Numbered from the stretch's first letter, positions 50,510 through 59,908 are shown. The stretch is 64,000 nt of DNA from an uncultured Clostridia bacterium (GCA_947630405.1 CANRHL010000001.1:20822-84821); one strand, 5' to 3'. Numbers and translations: made by a program. Notes: a model not told the origin generated them from the sequence alone.

Positions 50510-51298
50510 TTATTTTAAATATTTTTTGTAATTTTTTATTGTAATTTCGTTGGGTTTAATTTTGTTTAGGTCTGCCCAAGCAATGGGGAAAGAGATTGGT
50601 GCGTTATCGCGGGCGCGCAGTGAATATGGTGCAACGCAAGTTGCTCCTTTTTTGTTGCGTAAAAAATCGATAAATATTTTATTTTTTCGGTTTATTTTTT
50701 TTATGTTTGTTGTGAATAAATCCGGATATTTTTCTTCTAAATAAATTGCAATCTGTTTTGAAAATTCACTAAAATTTTTCCAATTTAAATTTTTTATTGG
50801 CACTAATATGTGATAACCTTTGCCGCCGCTTGTTTTTAAATAGGATTTTAAGTTTAAATTATCTAAAACTTGTTTTAATAATTTAACACCCTCTCTAAGT
50901 TTTTTAATTGGCAAATTTTCATCTGGGTCAAGGTCAAAAACCATTAAATTTGGTTTATTTATTTCGGGGGCTGTGCAACCCCAGAAATGAAATTCAATTG
51001 TGCCCATTTGCGCTTCGTAAATAATTTCTTTTTTTGTTGATAAATAAAAATATTCGGCCTTGTTAATTTTAATTTTGTGGGTTATACTTTCATTTTCAGG
51101 GTGTTTTTTAAAAAAACAACTTTTGTTATTTGCACTATGGCAGCGAATAACTGAAATTGGTCTATTTTTAATGTGCTTTAATAAATAATTAGAAATATCA
51201 TTATAATAATTAATCACATCTAATTTTGTTATTTTATTTTTAAAAATAATTTTTTCGGGCGAACTTATTTTTATGCCATTTATTTTAATTTCTTTCAT
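50510..51298 (-). CDS. ligD: NHEJ polymerase/primase (LigD Pol domain, stand-alone)
   Basis: MVFDLDPDE, YLKTSGGKGYHILVPI. Confidence 0.85.
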   Translation of the reverse strand: MKEIKINGIKISSPEKIIFKNKITKLDVINYYNDISNYLLKHIKNRPISVIRCHSANNKSCFFKKHPENESITHKIKINKAEYFYLSTKKEIIYEAQMGTIEFHFWGCTAPEINKPNLMVFDLDPDENLPIKKLREGVKLLKQVLDNLNLKSYLKTSGGKGYHILVPIKNLNWKNFSEFSKQIAIYLEEKYPDLFTTNIKKINRKNKIFIDFLRNKKGATCVAPYSLRARDNAPISFPIAWADLNKIKPNEITIKNYKKYLK

Positions 51299-51299
51299 A

Positions 51300-52817
51300 T
51301 TATTTTCCTATTTCTAAATTAATTGTTTTTGCATCTTTATCTTCACGCAAGCCAACAAAACTTGGCTGACGCAAAATGCTATCTTTAGTAAGTTCTGCAA
51401 ACTTAATTTCGGCAACATATTTAGGTTTAACCCAATTTGCTTTTATTTTTTTATTTGGTAAAAAATCGACTTTGCAATCAGATTTAATTTTATTTAATTT
51501 ATTATTTAATTCTTTTTTTAATTTTTCATTAAAACCCGTTCCAACTTTTCCAACATAATATAATTTTTTATTTTTATAATATCCCACTAAAATTGCACTT
51601 AAAAGCGGATTTTTTTCAGTTGTTAAAAAGCCAATAATTACAAATTCTTGCCGCATGTAACATTTAATTTTTAGCCAATCTTCATTGCGTTTGCCTGCGT
51701 AAACTGAATTAATATTTTTTGCAACAATTCCTTCCAAATTATTCTTTTTTGCAAAATTGAAACATTGCTTTCCTTTGCCGATAATATGTTCACTAAAAAT
51801 TAAATTTTTAGAACTTTTTATTAAAATATTTTTTAACATTTCTTTTCGCTTAATTAATGGTATGGTGCGAAGGTCTTTTCCATTTAGTGCAAGCAAATCA
51901 AAAACAACATATTCTAGTTCATTTGGCGCAGTTTTTAATTTTTCTTGTAATAGCGAAAAATCAGATTTTCCTAAATTATCAAATGCCACAACTTCGCCGT
52001 CTAAAATACAATTAAATTTTAATTTTTTTATGCCCTCAACGATTGATGGAAATCTTTTTGTGTAGTCCTTATTATTCCGCGTTAAACATTTCACATTTTC
52101 GTCTTCTTTATAAGTTACAACGCGGTAACCATCGTATTTTATTTCAAATACCCAGTCTTTCCCGGTGGGAATTTTGTTAGTTAATGTGCACAACTGCACG
52201 GAACAATTTTTAAATGGATTTTTATTTGAATTTTTTATTTCTTTATTTTTAATTTTTTGCGCGCTTTCACATTTTATAAACCAAAGGTTATTTTCTTTTG
52301 TGTTTTTAAATTTTTTATTTTCTGTTTTATTTATTTTTTCAACATTTATTTTTTTATTTTCTTTATTTTTATTTTCATTTTTGTTGCCGGCGTTTTTCAT
52401 TTTAATAAGAGAATATTCACCGTTAAATTTTTTGCCGTTTAATTTAATTTTTATGTGTCCTTTTTTTATGCCGAAATCCAAATCATAGCTTGGTGTGAAT
52501 GTGCCAAAATCAAAAATTTCAACTGAGCCCGCACCATAATTACCCGCGGGAATTACGCCTTCAAATTTTGCATATTCAAGTGGGTGGTCCTCAACTTGCA
52601 CGGCAAGGCGTTTGTCGTTAGGATTGTTGGACAATCCCTTTGGAACCGCCCAACTTAAAAGCACGCCGTTATGTTCAAGCCGAAAATCGTAATGCTCGCG
52701 TCGCGCAAAATGGTGTTGAATAACAAAAATGCCGCCCGCACTTTTTGCTTGCGGCCTGCCTTGTGGCTCGCTTGTTGCACTGAAATTGCGCTTTTTATTG
52801 TAGGTTGTTAATTTCAT
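51300..52817 (-). CDS. ligD: ATP-dependent DNA ligase LigD (3'-phosphoesterase + ligase domains)
   Basis: FVIQHHFARREHYDFRLE...SWAVPKG (PE domain); FEIKYDGYR (KxDG adenylation motif). Start moved to the ATG at 52817, because the track N-terminus runs into a repeat. Confidence 0.85.
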   Translation of the reverse strand: MKLTTYNKKRNFSATSEPQGRPQAKSAGGIFVIQHHFARREHYDFRLEHNGVLLSWAVPKGLSNNPNDKRLAVQVEDHPLEYAKFEGVIPAGNYGAGSVEIFDFGTFTPSYDLDFGIKKGHIKIKLNGKKFNGEYSLIKMKNAGNKNENKNKENKKINVEKINKTENKKFKNTKENNLWFIKCESAQKIKNKEIKNSNKNPFKNCSVQLCTLTNKIPTGKDWVFEIKYDGYRVVTYKEDENVKCLTRNNKDYTKRFPSIVEGIKKLKFNCILDGEVVAFDNLGKSDFSLLQEKLKTAPNELEYVVFDLLALNGKDLRTIPLIKRKEMLKNILIKSSKNLIFSEHIIGKGKQCFNFAKKNNLEGIVAKNINSVYAGKRNEDWLKIKCYMRQEFVIIGFLTTEKNPLLSAILVGYYKNKKLYYVGKVGTGFNEKLKKELNNKLNKIKSDCKVDFLPNKKIKANWVKPKYVAEIKFAELTKDSILRQPSFVGLREDKDAKTINLEIGK

Positions 52818-52849
52818 ATTTTTTCCTTTTATAAAAAATTTGCAATTGA

Positions 52850-53025
52850 GATTCTTCGCTCGCTTACTCGCCCAGAACGACACGGGAGATAGTTCCTTCG
52901 GCTGCGCTCAGAATGACACGCAAGATAGATGATTCACTTCGTTCAGCATAACATAGAAGGTTGGGTGTTTTGTGAATTTTCTTTTTTAAATAGATGCTTT
53001 ACTCCGATCGGCATGACATGGAAAG
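52850..53025. repeat. degenerate tandem repeats (about 36-43 nt units) between ku and ligD
   Basis: gattcttcgctcgcttactcgcccagaacgacacgggagatag / ttccttcggctgcgctcagaatgacacgcaagatag / atgattcacttcgttcagcataacatagaagg ... ctttactccgatcggcatgacatgg. Confidence 0.5.
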
Positions 53026-53865
53026 TTATTTTGCAAGTTTTAATTTTTTCGATGCCCGCTTTTCGACATTTTTAGGTGCTTGTTTTTCGGCTTTTTTTGC
53101 TTTAGGTTTTTGCTTTTTTGTGGCGGTTAAACTCTTTTTAAGTGCGTCCATAATGTTGATAACGCGCGCAGATGATTTCTTTTCTTTTGGCGCAACAATT
53201 TGCCCGCCCGAAATTTTCTTTTTTATTGCCGCTTTAACGCGTTCGGTGTAATCGTCCTTAAAAGCGGAAATGTTAAATTCGCTTGTTAATTGATTAATTA
53301 AAGTTTCGGCAAGTTCAACTTCTTTTTTATCTAACTTTGCGGGCTTAATTTCGGGCGTCGATACAATTTCCTCAGCAAAAAACATGGTGTTTAATAACAT
53401 TTTATTTTCACTGACGCGCAACAAAATTAAGGTATCTTTGCTGCCTAAAACTGTTTTTGCGATGCCCGCCTTATTTTGCTTTTTCATGGCCTCCATTAGC
53501 AAATTAAACGCCTTGTCCGCACCGTTGGGGCTGACGTAATAGGATTTATCAAAATAGATTGGGTCAACCTCGCCTAAATCCACAAACTGCTCAATAGAAA
53601 TGGTTTTATCTTTTTCAGTTTTCAATTTTTCAAAATCCTTATCGGTGAAAATAACATATTTATCTTTTTCGTACTGATAGCCGCGCACAATATCTTCATT
53701 TTTAACTTCTTTTTCGTTGCAGTCCACACAAGTTTTTTTGTATTTAATTCGGCTCATTGTGTTTTTGTCAATCATGTTAAAACCGATGTCGTTATTTTTA
53801 ACCGCCGCGCTCAAACTCACTGGGATATACACCAAGCCAAACGAAATTGCTAATTTAATTGCCAT
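53026..53865 (-). CDS. ku: Ku DNA end-binding protein
   Basis: MAIKLAISFGLVYIPVSL...RGYQYEKDKYVIFTDKDF; Lys-rich C-terminal tail. Confidence 0.9.
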   Translation of the reverse strand: MAIKLAISFGLVYIPVSLSAAVKNNDIGFNMIDKNTMSRIKYKKTCVDCNEKEVKNEDIVRGYQYEKDKYVIFTDKDFEKLKTEKDKTISIEQFVDLGEVDPIYFDKSYYVSPNGADKAFNLLMEAMKKQNKAGIAKTVLGSKDTLILLRVSENKMLLNTMFFAEEIVSTPEIKPAKLDKKEVELAETLINQLTSEFNISAFKDDYTERVKAAIKKKISGGQIVAPKEKKSSARVINIMDALKKSLTATKKQKPKAKKAEKQAPKNVEKRASKKLKLAK

Positions 53866-53960
53866 AATTTCTCCTTATAATTAAGATGGACAAATGTGAA
53901 AATATTATTTATTTTTATTAAATGTTTTGAACAGGGCGAATTTTGTGATATAATGTGAAT

Positions 53961-54575
53961 ATGAAATTAGATGATTTAATTAAGGAAAGGCACTCGTGCC
54001 GAAGTTATTTGCCAACCGCAATTAGCGATGCAAAAATTAAACAAATTGTGGAGGCCGCTCGGCTTGCTCCATCAAGCAAAAATGCGCAACAGTGGAAATT
54101 TGTTTGCATAAAAGCAAAAGAAGAAAGTCACGACATTGCCAACATTTTGGAAAATTATTACATTAAAAATAAAAATAATAAAGAAAAAATGTTGGGCGCA
54201 AGCAGCGTTTTTGCCACGGGCAAAATTTTGGAAAGTTGCCCTGCCATAATTTTGGTGTTTGCCGACACCGAAAACATAACGCGCACCAAGGTGGAAGATA
54301 TTTCCGCACTTTTAAGCATTGGCGGCGCGGTGGAACATATGATGTTAAAAGCAACCGACATGGGCCTTGGCTGCCTTTGGATTTGCGACACATATTTTGT
54401 GCATAACGAACTTGCCGACTACATTTTGAAAAAATTAAAAGGCACGGAAAAGGAAAATTTTATTTCAAAGAAAAATCGCTTGGTGTGTGCCATGGCGGTG
54501 GGCGTAATGGCTGAGCCAAAATACCCTAAAAACCGAAAAACCCTTGATGAAATTTTGTGCATAATTAACAACTAA
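53961..54575 (+). CDS. nitroreductase family protein
   Basis: RHSCRSY...APSSKNAQQWKF; ATG at 53961 lies 6 nt after TGaTATAAT. Confidence 0.85.
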   Translation: MKLDDLIKERHSCRSYLPTAISDAKIKQIVEAARLAPSSKNAQQWKFVCIKAKEESHDIANILENYYIKNKNNKEKMLGASSVFATGKILESCPAIILVFADTENITRTKVEDISALLSIGGAVEHMMLKATDMGLGCLWICDTYFVHNELADYILKKLKGTEKENFISKKNRLVCAMAVGVMAEPKYPKNRKTLDEILCIINN

Positions 54576-54578
54576 ATT

Positions 54579-54605
54579 GCGCCTGCAAAAAGCGGGCGCT
54601 TTTTT
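54579..54605 (+). terminator. intrinsic terminator
   Basis: gcgcctgc-aaaaa-gcgggcgc followed by tttttt. Confidence 0.7.
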
Positions 54606-54845
54606 CATACAATGTATTAGCCAAGTTTGGCAAAAATTTAATAAAAATTTGTAAAAACATGATAAAAACGCAATAAATTTAATAAAAAACAATAAAAAAT
54701 AATTAAAAAACAAATAAAAAATTAATTTATTTTTAAATTTTTAATTAATAAAAGGTTAAATTAAAAAATATTTTTACTAAAAAATAAATAAAAATTTTAT
54801 TTAAAAATTTTTGCCAAATTTTGGCAGGTTTTAGAGGAGATAAAA

Positions 54846-55142
54846 ATGTTATCAGTTATAATAAGCAGTGTTTGCAGCATCATTTCTGGTATGGTGCTTT
54901 TCTTGCTGCAGCACTATATAAAACAAAGGCATAATTCGGACACTGTTAAAGATAAAGAAAATCACAAAAAAGACATTTTAATTTTAAAAAGCCTTAACGC
55001 ACTTGGCAAACTTGCCATGAGCAATTCAACAGTAATTAACAGTGCAGAAAAAAATTCCGATGCCAAAGAAGCGCTTACCGAATATAACAAAGTTAATAGC
55101 GAAATGGTTAACTTTTTAATTGAAAATTCGAGCAAAGAATAA
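54846..55142 (+). CDS. small membrane-anchored protein (98 aa)
   Basis: N-terminal TM helix, GGAG RBS, coiled-coil-like tail. Confidence 0.5.
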   Translation: MLSVIISSVCSIISGMVLFLLQHYIKQRHNSDTVKDKENHKKDILILKSLNALGKLAMSNSTVINSAEKNSDAKEALTEYNKVNSEMVNFLIENSSKE

Positions 55143-55153
55143 AGGAGAAAAAA

Positions 55154-55531
55154 ATGGAAATTATTTGTGTTCCAATTATTGTTGCGGTGGTGTATGGTCT
55201 AATTGAAGTTTACAAAACCATTGCGCGAGCAAACGAAAAAATGCTTAATTTTATTCCAATTATTGGTTTAATTTTAGGTGTTACTTTTGGCGTGTTGTTT
55301 TATTACTTTTTGCCAAGCCTAATTGTTGCCAACAATTTGTTTAGTGCAATTTTGGTGGGTGCGGCAAGCGGACTTTCGGCAACAGGATGCAACCAAATTT
55401 TTAAACAACTTAAAAAATATGGCGTAACTGTTAAAGAATCCGCCGCTGAGCCGAACGCGACGAGCAAAACCGAAATAAATGAAACTAAAACAAAAGAAAA
55501 TAATGAAACAGGCGAAACAAATAATAATTAA
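55154..55531 (+). CDS. small three-TM membrane protein, holin-like (tentative)
   Basis: Three hydrophobic helices followed by ...AASGLSATGCNQIFKQLKKYG and a charged tail. Confidence 0.45.
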   Translation: MEIICVPIIVAVVYGLIEVYKTIARANEKMLNFIPIIGLILGVTFGVLFYYFLPSLIVANNLFSAILVGAASGLSATGCNQIFKQLKKYGVTVKESAAEPNATSKTEINETKTKENNETGETNNN

Positions 55532-55721
55532 ATTTAATTTAATTAAAAAATAAAAAAATTGACAGACGAAAACAAAAATAGCAAATAAAATAATAAACTG
55601 AAAATTACGAAACAAAAACCGCTTTTATTTGGCGGTTTTTTATTTAAAATGTTAAAACCTTTAATTTTTAGTTGCCTTTTAATTTTTTTTGATTTACAAT
55701 TAAATTATTAAAGGAGAAATT

Positions 55722-56300
55722 ATGAAAAAGTTTTTTAAAGAATTTAAAGATTTTATTGCTCGTGGCAATGTGCTAGACTTGGCCGTTGGCGTTATTATCG
55801 GCGGCGCGTTTTCGGCAATTATAACCGCGCTTACAAACGGCATTTTAATGCCGCTCATTAATGCCTTGCTTGCTAAATGCGGCGGCGGATGGGAAAGTGC
55901 TTACACATTTTTAATTCGCGCTTACGAAGCAGATGGCGTAACGCTTGATTTGGCAAAATCAATTTACATCGATTGGGGTGCATTCATAACCGCCATTATC
56001 AATTTCTTGTTAATTGCGTTTGTGTTGTTCTTAATTGTAAAAATTATGATGAACGCACGCAATGCCGTTACAAACAGTGCAAAAAAATGGCCTAATAGGG
56101 AGGAACTTAAAACTCTTAAAGCCGAAGGCGTTAACATTAAGGATAGGAAAGCCGTTATTGCAGCAACTGCCGAACTAAGGGAACGCAACAAACCAGCACC
56201 AGAACCTGCAAAGCCAACGCAAGAAGAACTTTTAACCGACATTTTGGTTGAACTTAAAAAACAAAATGCCACAAAAGAAAAATCAACAAAAACAAAATAA
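55722..56300 (+). CDS. mscL: large-conductance mechanosensitive channel with extended C-terminus
   Basis: FKDFIARGNVLDLAVGVIIGGAFSAIITAL. Confidence 0.9.
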   Translation: MKKFFKEFKDFIARGNVLDLAVGVIIGGAFSAIITALTNGILMPLINALLAKCGGGWESAYTFLIRAYEADGVTLDLAKSIYIDWGAFITAIINFLLIAFVLFLIVKIMMNARNAVTNSAKKWPNREELKTLKAEGVNIKDRKAVIAATAELRERNKPAPEPAKPTQEELLTDILVELKKQNATKEKSTKTK

Positions 56301-56380
56301 AGGCTAGGCGTAATGCCTAGTTTTTTCTTTAACTTTAAGCGGTGGTTTTTCATATTATGGTTAAACGAAGGAGAATTTTT

Positions 56381-57784
56381 ATGGCTATATGTCATTGTTT
56401 TAATAAATGCAATCCGTGTGCAAAACCGGGCAAAAAGCCGCCCCAAAATGTCGGGTACACTACACTAATTCCGGGGCCAACCGGACCACAAGGCATGCCC
56501 GGGCAGGCAGATAAAATTGCAATTTCTGGCATTGAAATTGTTGAGCCAAGTGCACCAGCGCAACTTATTGATAATTTTGAAAATTCCACCCACAATTTGT
56601 TTTTTAAAATCCCGTGCGGAGCAACCGGGCCAAACGGCGAAGCAGATAAAATTCAAGTGGCGGCGGTTGAAACTGTGGACGCTGACTCTCCCGCTGAAGT
56701 GGTGGATAGTTACGACCAAAACACGCATTTTTTAGATTTTAAAATTCCGCGTGGTGCGCAGGGCTTGCCGGGCGAACGTGGAGCGCAAGGCGAGAAAGGC
56801 GAAAGGGGAGAAAAGGGCGAGCCTGGGGAGAAAGGAGAGCCGGGAGAAAAAGGAGAACAAGGCTTACAAGGAGAAAGAGGAGAACGCGGCTTACAGGGCG
56901 AAAGGGGCGAGCCGGGCCCGCAAGGGTTACAAGGTCCGCCTGGTGCAGATGGCGAGAAGGGAGAGCGCGGAGAGCAGGGTGACCCTGGTCAACCCGGACC
57001 TGCCGGCCCAACCGGAGAAATGGGTAAAAGCCTAATTTATGGCAATTATTCCACCACCTTTTATCCTAATACGGCCGCGCTGGTTGATGTTAACGCCACC
57101 AACTTCCCCTATGGCTATCAAGAGATAAAAAAGGGAGATACCGTGCTTTCAAACAACGGAGTTTTGGGTGCGGTTTTAAATGTGGACGAAAACACAAACA
57201 AGGCAACTGTCCGCTCGCTGGCAAGTTTTATGGGCCCAAAGGGGGATAAAGGCGAAAAAGGCGATCCAGGTCAGCCCGGGCCCGAACTTATTAAAACTGC
57301 GCTAGTGCTAGGATATAATGACGATACGCGGAACTTCCCGGCAGAGGGCAAAGAAATTGCATCCGGTGGGCGCATACCATTTAACCGCATTGAAACGAAT
57401 TTGGGCAACATAATCTCGCTTGAAACGGACAACACCATCAAGTTTGAATTAACCGGCACATACATTATTAATTTTGTTGTTTCCGCCTACTGTAAAGCGC
57501 AAAGCGGGCAATATAACCCGGCGGACGATTTTATGTGCATCGGGTTTAGGGAGGTGGATAGCGATAAAATTTTTGCAGCCACAAACGGCTGGAATAATAG
57601 CGAATTTGCAACATCACTTTCCGGTCAAGGCGTGTTTGTTATAGACGATGTTGGCAAGAAATATGAACTTGTTAATTTAAACAAAAAACCGGTTTTCGTT
57701 AATGCCGTGAACATCGAAAAAACTATAACAACCTCTTATTTTGCAAGTGTGCTGGCCACAATGGTGTTTGTTAAGGTGTATTAG
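56381..57784 (+). CDS. collagen-like triple-helix repeat protein with BclA/C1q-like C-terminal domain
   Basis: Long G-X-Y tract (GLPGERGAQGEKGERGEKGEPGEKGEPGEKGEQG...) and a second short G-X-Y tract. AAGGAG RBS then ATG at 56381. Locally GC-rich. Confidence 0.85.
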   Translation: MAICHCFNKCNPCAKPGKKPPQNVGYTTLIPGPTGPQGMPGQADKIAISGIEIVEPSAPAQLIDNFENSTHNLFFKIPCGATGPNGEADKIQVAAVETVDADSPAEVVDSYDQNTHFLDFKIPRGAQGLPGERGAQGEKGERGEKGEPGEKGEPGEKGEQGLQGERGERGLQGERGEPGPQGLQGPPGADGEKGERGEQGDPGQPGPAGPTGEMGKSLIYGNYSTTFYPNTAALVDVNATNFPYGYQEIKKGDTVLSNNGVLGAVLNVDENTNKATVRSLASFMGPKGDKGEKGDPGQPGPELIKTALVLGYNDDTRNFPAEGKEIASGGRIPFNRIETNLGNIISLETDNTIKFELTGTYIINFVVSAYCKAQSGQYNPADDFMCIGFREVDSDKIFAATNGWNNSEFATSLSGQGVFVIDDVGKKYELVNLNKKPVFVNAVNIEKTITTSYFASVLATMVFVKVY

Positions 57785-57863
57785 AAATTTTAAAAATTTT
57801 AAAATAACTATTGCAAATTAGTTTTATATGTGTTATAATACAAAAAAGATAAGGAAGGTGCAT

Positions 57864-58571
57864 ATGATAAAAAATGTTATTTTCGACTTGGAAGGTGTTA
57901 TAACCGACGTTAAAAATGTTACGGTTGAAAGTGTTTTGCCCGCCGAACTTAAAAAACAATATAAAGGCAAATATAACAAGGTGCTTTTAAAGGATTATTG
58001 GGCAAATGTCGCACACAATTTTGCCGTTAACACAACCCTAAACAAACAAAAAATTAAAACCAAAGCCCTTGTTGATGACTATAACAAAGGCAAACTTACT
58101 GAGGAAGAGTTTATGGCACTGCTTGTTAAGGCAAGTGAAGAGCCTAAAGCCGTGCTTGAAGCCGTTTACACAAAACTTAAATTGAAATCTAACAACAAGT
58201 TGATTGCTTCCACCATCAACACCATCAAAAAACTTAAAGACGATGGCCACAAAGTTTTCGTGCTTGCCAATGTTGGCGAGGGAATGGTGGATACAATGCA
58301 CTATATGTTAGACGATGCTTTGTTTGATGGCGTTATGCTTTCTTGCGAAGTTAAAAAGTTAATTCCTGAGGAAAGCACTTATCAATACGCTCTTAAAAAA
58401 TGGAAAATTAAAGCAGAGGAAACTTTGCTTGTGGATAACAGTGAAAAGAACATTGCTCCATTCTTAAAAATGTTTGGCTACACTGTGCTTTTCAACACTG
58501 CAAATTCAAGCGAGGAAAATAAACGCGTTTACGACTATGTTTATAAAATTAACAAGGTTGCAAACAAATAA
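57864..58571 (+). CDS. HAD-superfamily hydrolase
   Basis: N-terminal VIFDLEGVIT motif I; AAGGAAGG RBS. Confidence 0.75.
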   Translation: MIKNVIFDLEGVITDVKNVTVESVLPAELKKQYKGKYNKVLLKDYWANVAHNFAVNTTLNKQKIKTKALVDDYNKGKLTEEEFMALLVKASEEPKAVLEAVYTKLKLKSNNKLIASTINTIKKLKDDGHKVFVLANVGEGMVDTMHYMLDDALFDGVMLSCEVKKLIPEESTYQYALKKWKIKAEETLLVDNSEKNIAPFLKMFGYTVLFNTANSSEENKRVYDYVYKINKVANK

Positions 58572-58597
58572 AGTTACTAATAAATTGAGATATAAAA

Positions 58598-58621
58598 ATC
58601 CGCCTGATGCGGATTTTTTTG
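58598..58621 (+). terminator. intrinsic terminator
   Basis: atccgc-ctgat-gcggat followed by a T-run. Confidence 0.75.
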
Positions 58622-58803
58622 TGCCTTTTAAACGTGTGAAGGATTTAGTAAATTAATGAAACAAACTAGCAAAAGTGAATTTTGCGACGTTTTTACTTTA
58701 CTTTTTTAAAATTTTTTTGCATAATTTAATTGTAAAGTTAAAATTTTTAATTTTGCGCAATCAAAAATAGTTCGCCACACCGTGTGGCTTTAAAGGATGT
58801 TAT

Positions 58804-59070
58804 ATGATAGAATTTAGATACGATACTCAACTTTTAATTGAGGGCAAAAATTTAAGCGAAGATAAAATTAGAGATTATTTTTTAAACAATTTTAAAGGCG
58901 ATTGCCTTATTGCCGTTGGAGATGGCTTGGGCGATAACAGTGAAACCATTAAAATTCATTTCCACACCAATGAGCCTTGGGACGTGCTTAAATATTGCGC
59001 CACACTTGGCGAAATTTGCGACATCGTCGTCGAAGACATGGACCGTCAATCCAGAGGATTGAAGGGGTAA
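58804..59070 (+). pseudogene. C-terminal fragment of a DAK2-domain fusion protein (YloV-like)
   Basis: 88 aa ...IKIHFHTNEPWDVLKYCATLGEICDIVVEDMDRQ resembles only the extreme C-terminus of roughly 550-aa YloV proteins. Confidence 0.5.
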
Positions 59071-59187
59071 TAATTTTTTGTTTTCTTATTGACAAATTGG
59101 TTTTTTGTGCTATAATGATAGGAATAATCTTTTTTTGGTTTATGTAAAAAATTTTGAGGACCAAATAAGTAAAAGGTGGGCGCGCCT

Positions 59188-59877
59188 ATGAGTTTAATTG
59201 ATAAAATTTTGCTCAAATTAAAGCGTAAACAGGACAAGGTGGCGGCGTTAGACTACGATAGAGTTCTAAAATTTGCCAAGAAAAAGCACAAAGGTCAATT
59301 TAGAAAAGACGGAGTTACGCCTTACATTACTCATCCAATACGCGTGGCAAAAATTGTGGAAAAGTTTGTTACCGAGTATGGCAGACCGGAAGATAAAGAG
59401 GTTCTGCCCGAACTTGTTGCGGCCGCTTTGCTGCACGACACGGTTGAAGATACTAAAATTTCTTACCGCCACGAGTTAACCGACCGTTTTGGCGAGTTGG
59501 TGGCGGGGCTGGTGATGGAAGTTACCACCATCGACCACGAAAAAAACGAAAAAGGCAAAGATAGATACCTTGCCGAACGCATGTCAATTATGTCCGAATA
59601 TGCGCTGGTTATTAAATTTTCGGATAGGCTAGATAATGTTAGCGATTGCTCAATTTTAAGCCTGGAAGATAAATTCAAATTGCGCCGCGGCACAGAAAAT
59701 ATTTTGAAATATGTTGAAGATAAGCGCTGGCACTATTTTAGCGAAATCCATAAGGCATTATTAGATACCCTTTGGGAAGCACTAAATGATAATATACCAT
59801 ATAAAATTTTTGAAGGCACCGAATTTGAAGCTCTGGTGTTCGACAACATCTCTTATCACAATCCAAACTACGCATAA
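59188..59877 (+). CDS. HD-domain (p)ppGpp hydrolase-like protein (small alarmone hydrolase type)
   Basis: HKGQFRKDGVTPYITHPIRVA ... AALLHDTVEDT. Confidence 0.75.
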   Translation: MSLIDKILLKLKRKQDKVAALDYDRVLKFAKKKHKGQFRKDGVTPYITHPIRVAKIVEKFVTEYGRPEDKEVLPELVAAALLHDTVEDTKISYRHELTDRFGELVAGLVMEVTTIDHEKNEKGKDRYLAERMSIMSEYALVIKFSDRLDNVSDCSILSLEDKFKLRRGTENILKYVEDKRWHYFSEIHKALLDTLWEALNDNIPYKIFEGTEFEALVFDNISYHNPNYA

Positions 59878-59883
59878 AATAAA

Positions 59884-59908
59884 AACTCCGCGCTATGCGG
59901 AGTTTTTT
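59884..59908 (+). terminator. intrinsic terminator
   Basis: aactccgc-gctatg-gcggagtt followed by tttt. Confidence 0.75.

Noticed and set aside
56392-57035. Alternative-frame and antisense ORFs within the collagen-like gene (56392-56595, 56465-56728, 56517-56735, 56739-57011, 56751-57035).
   Set aside because: These are typical artefacts of GC-rich G-X-Y repeat DNA. The G-X-Y frame with an RBS at 56381 is the coherent one.
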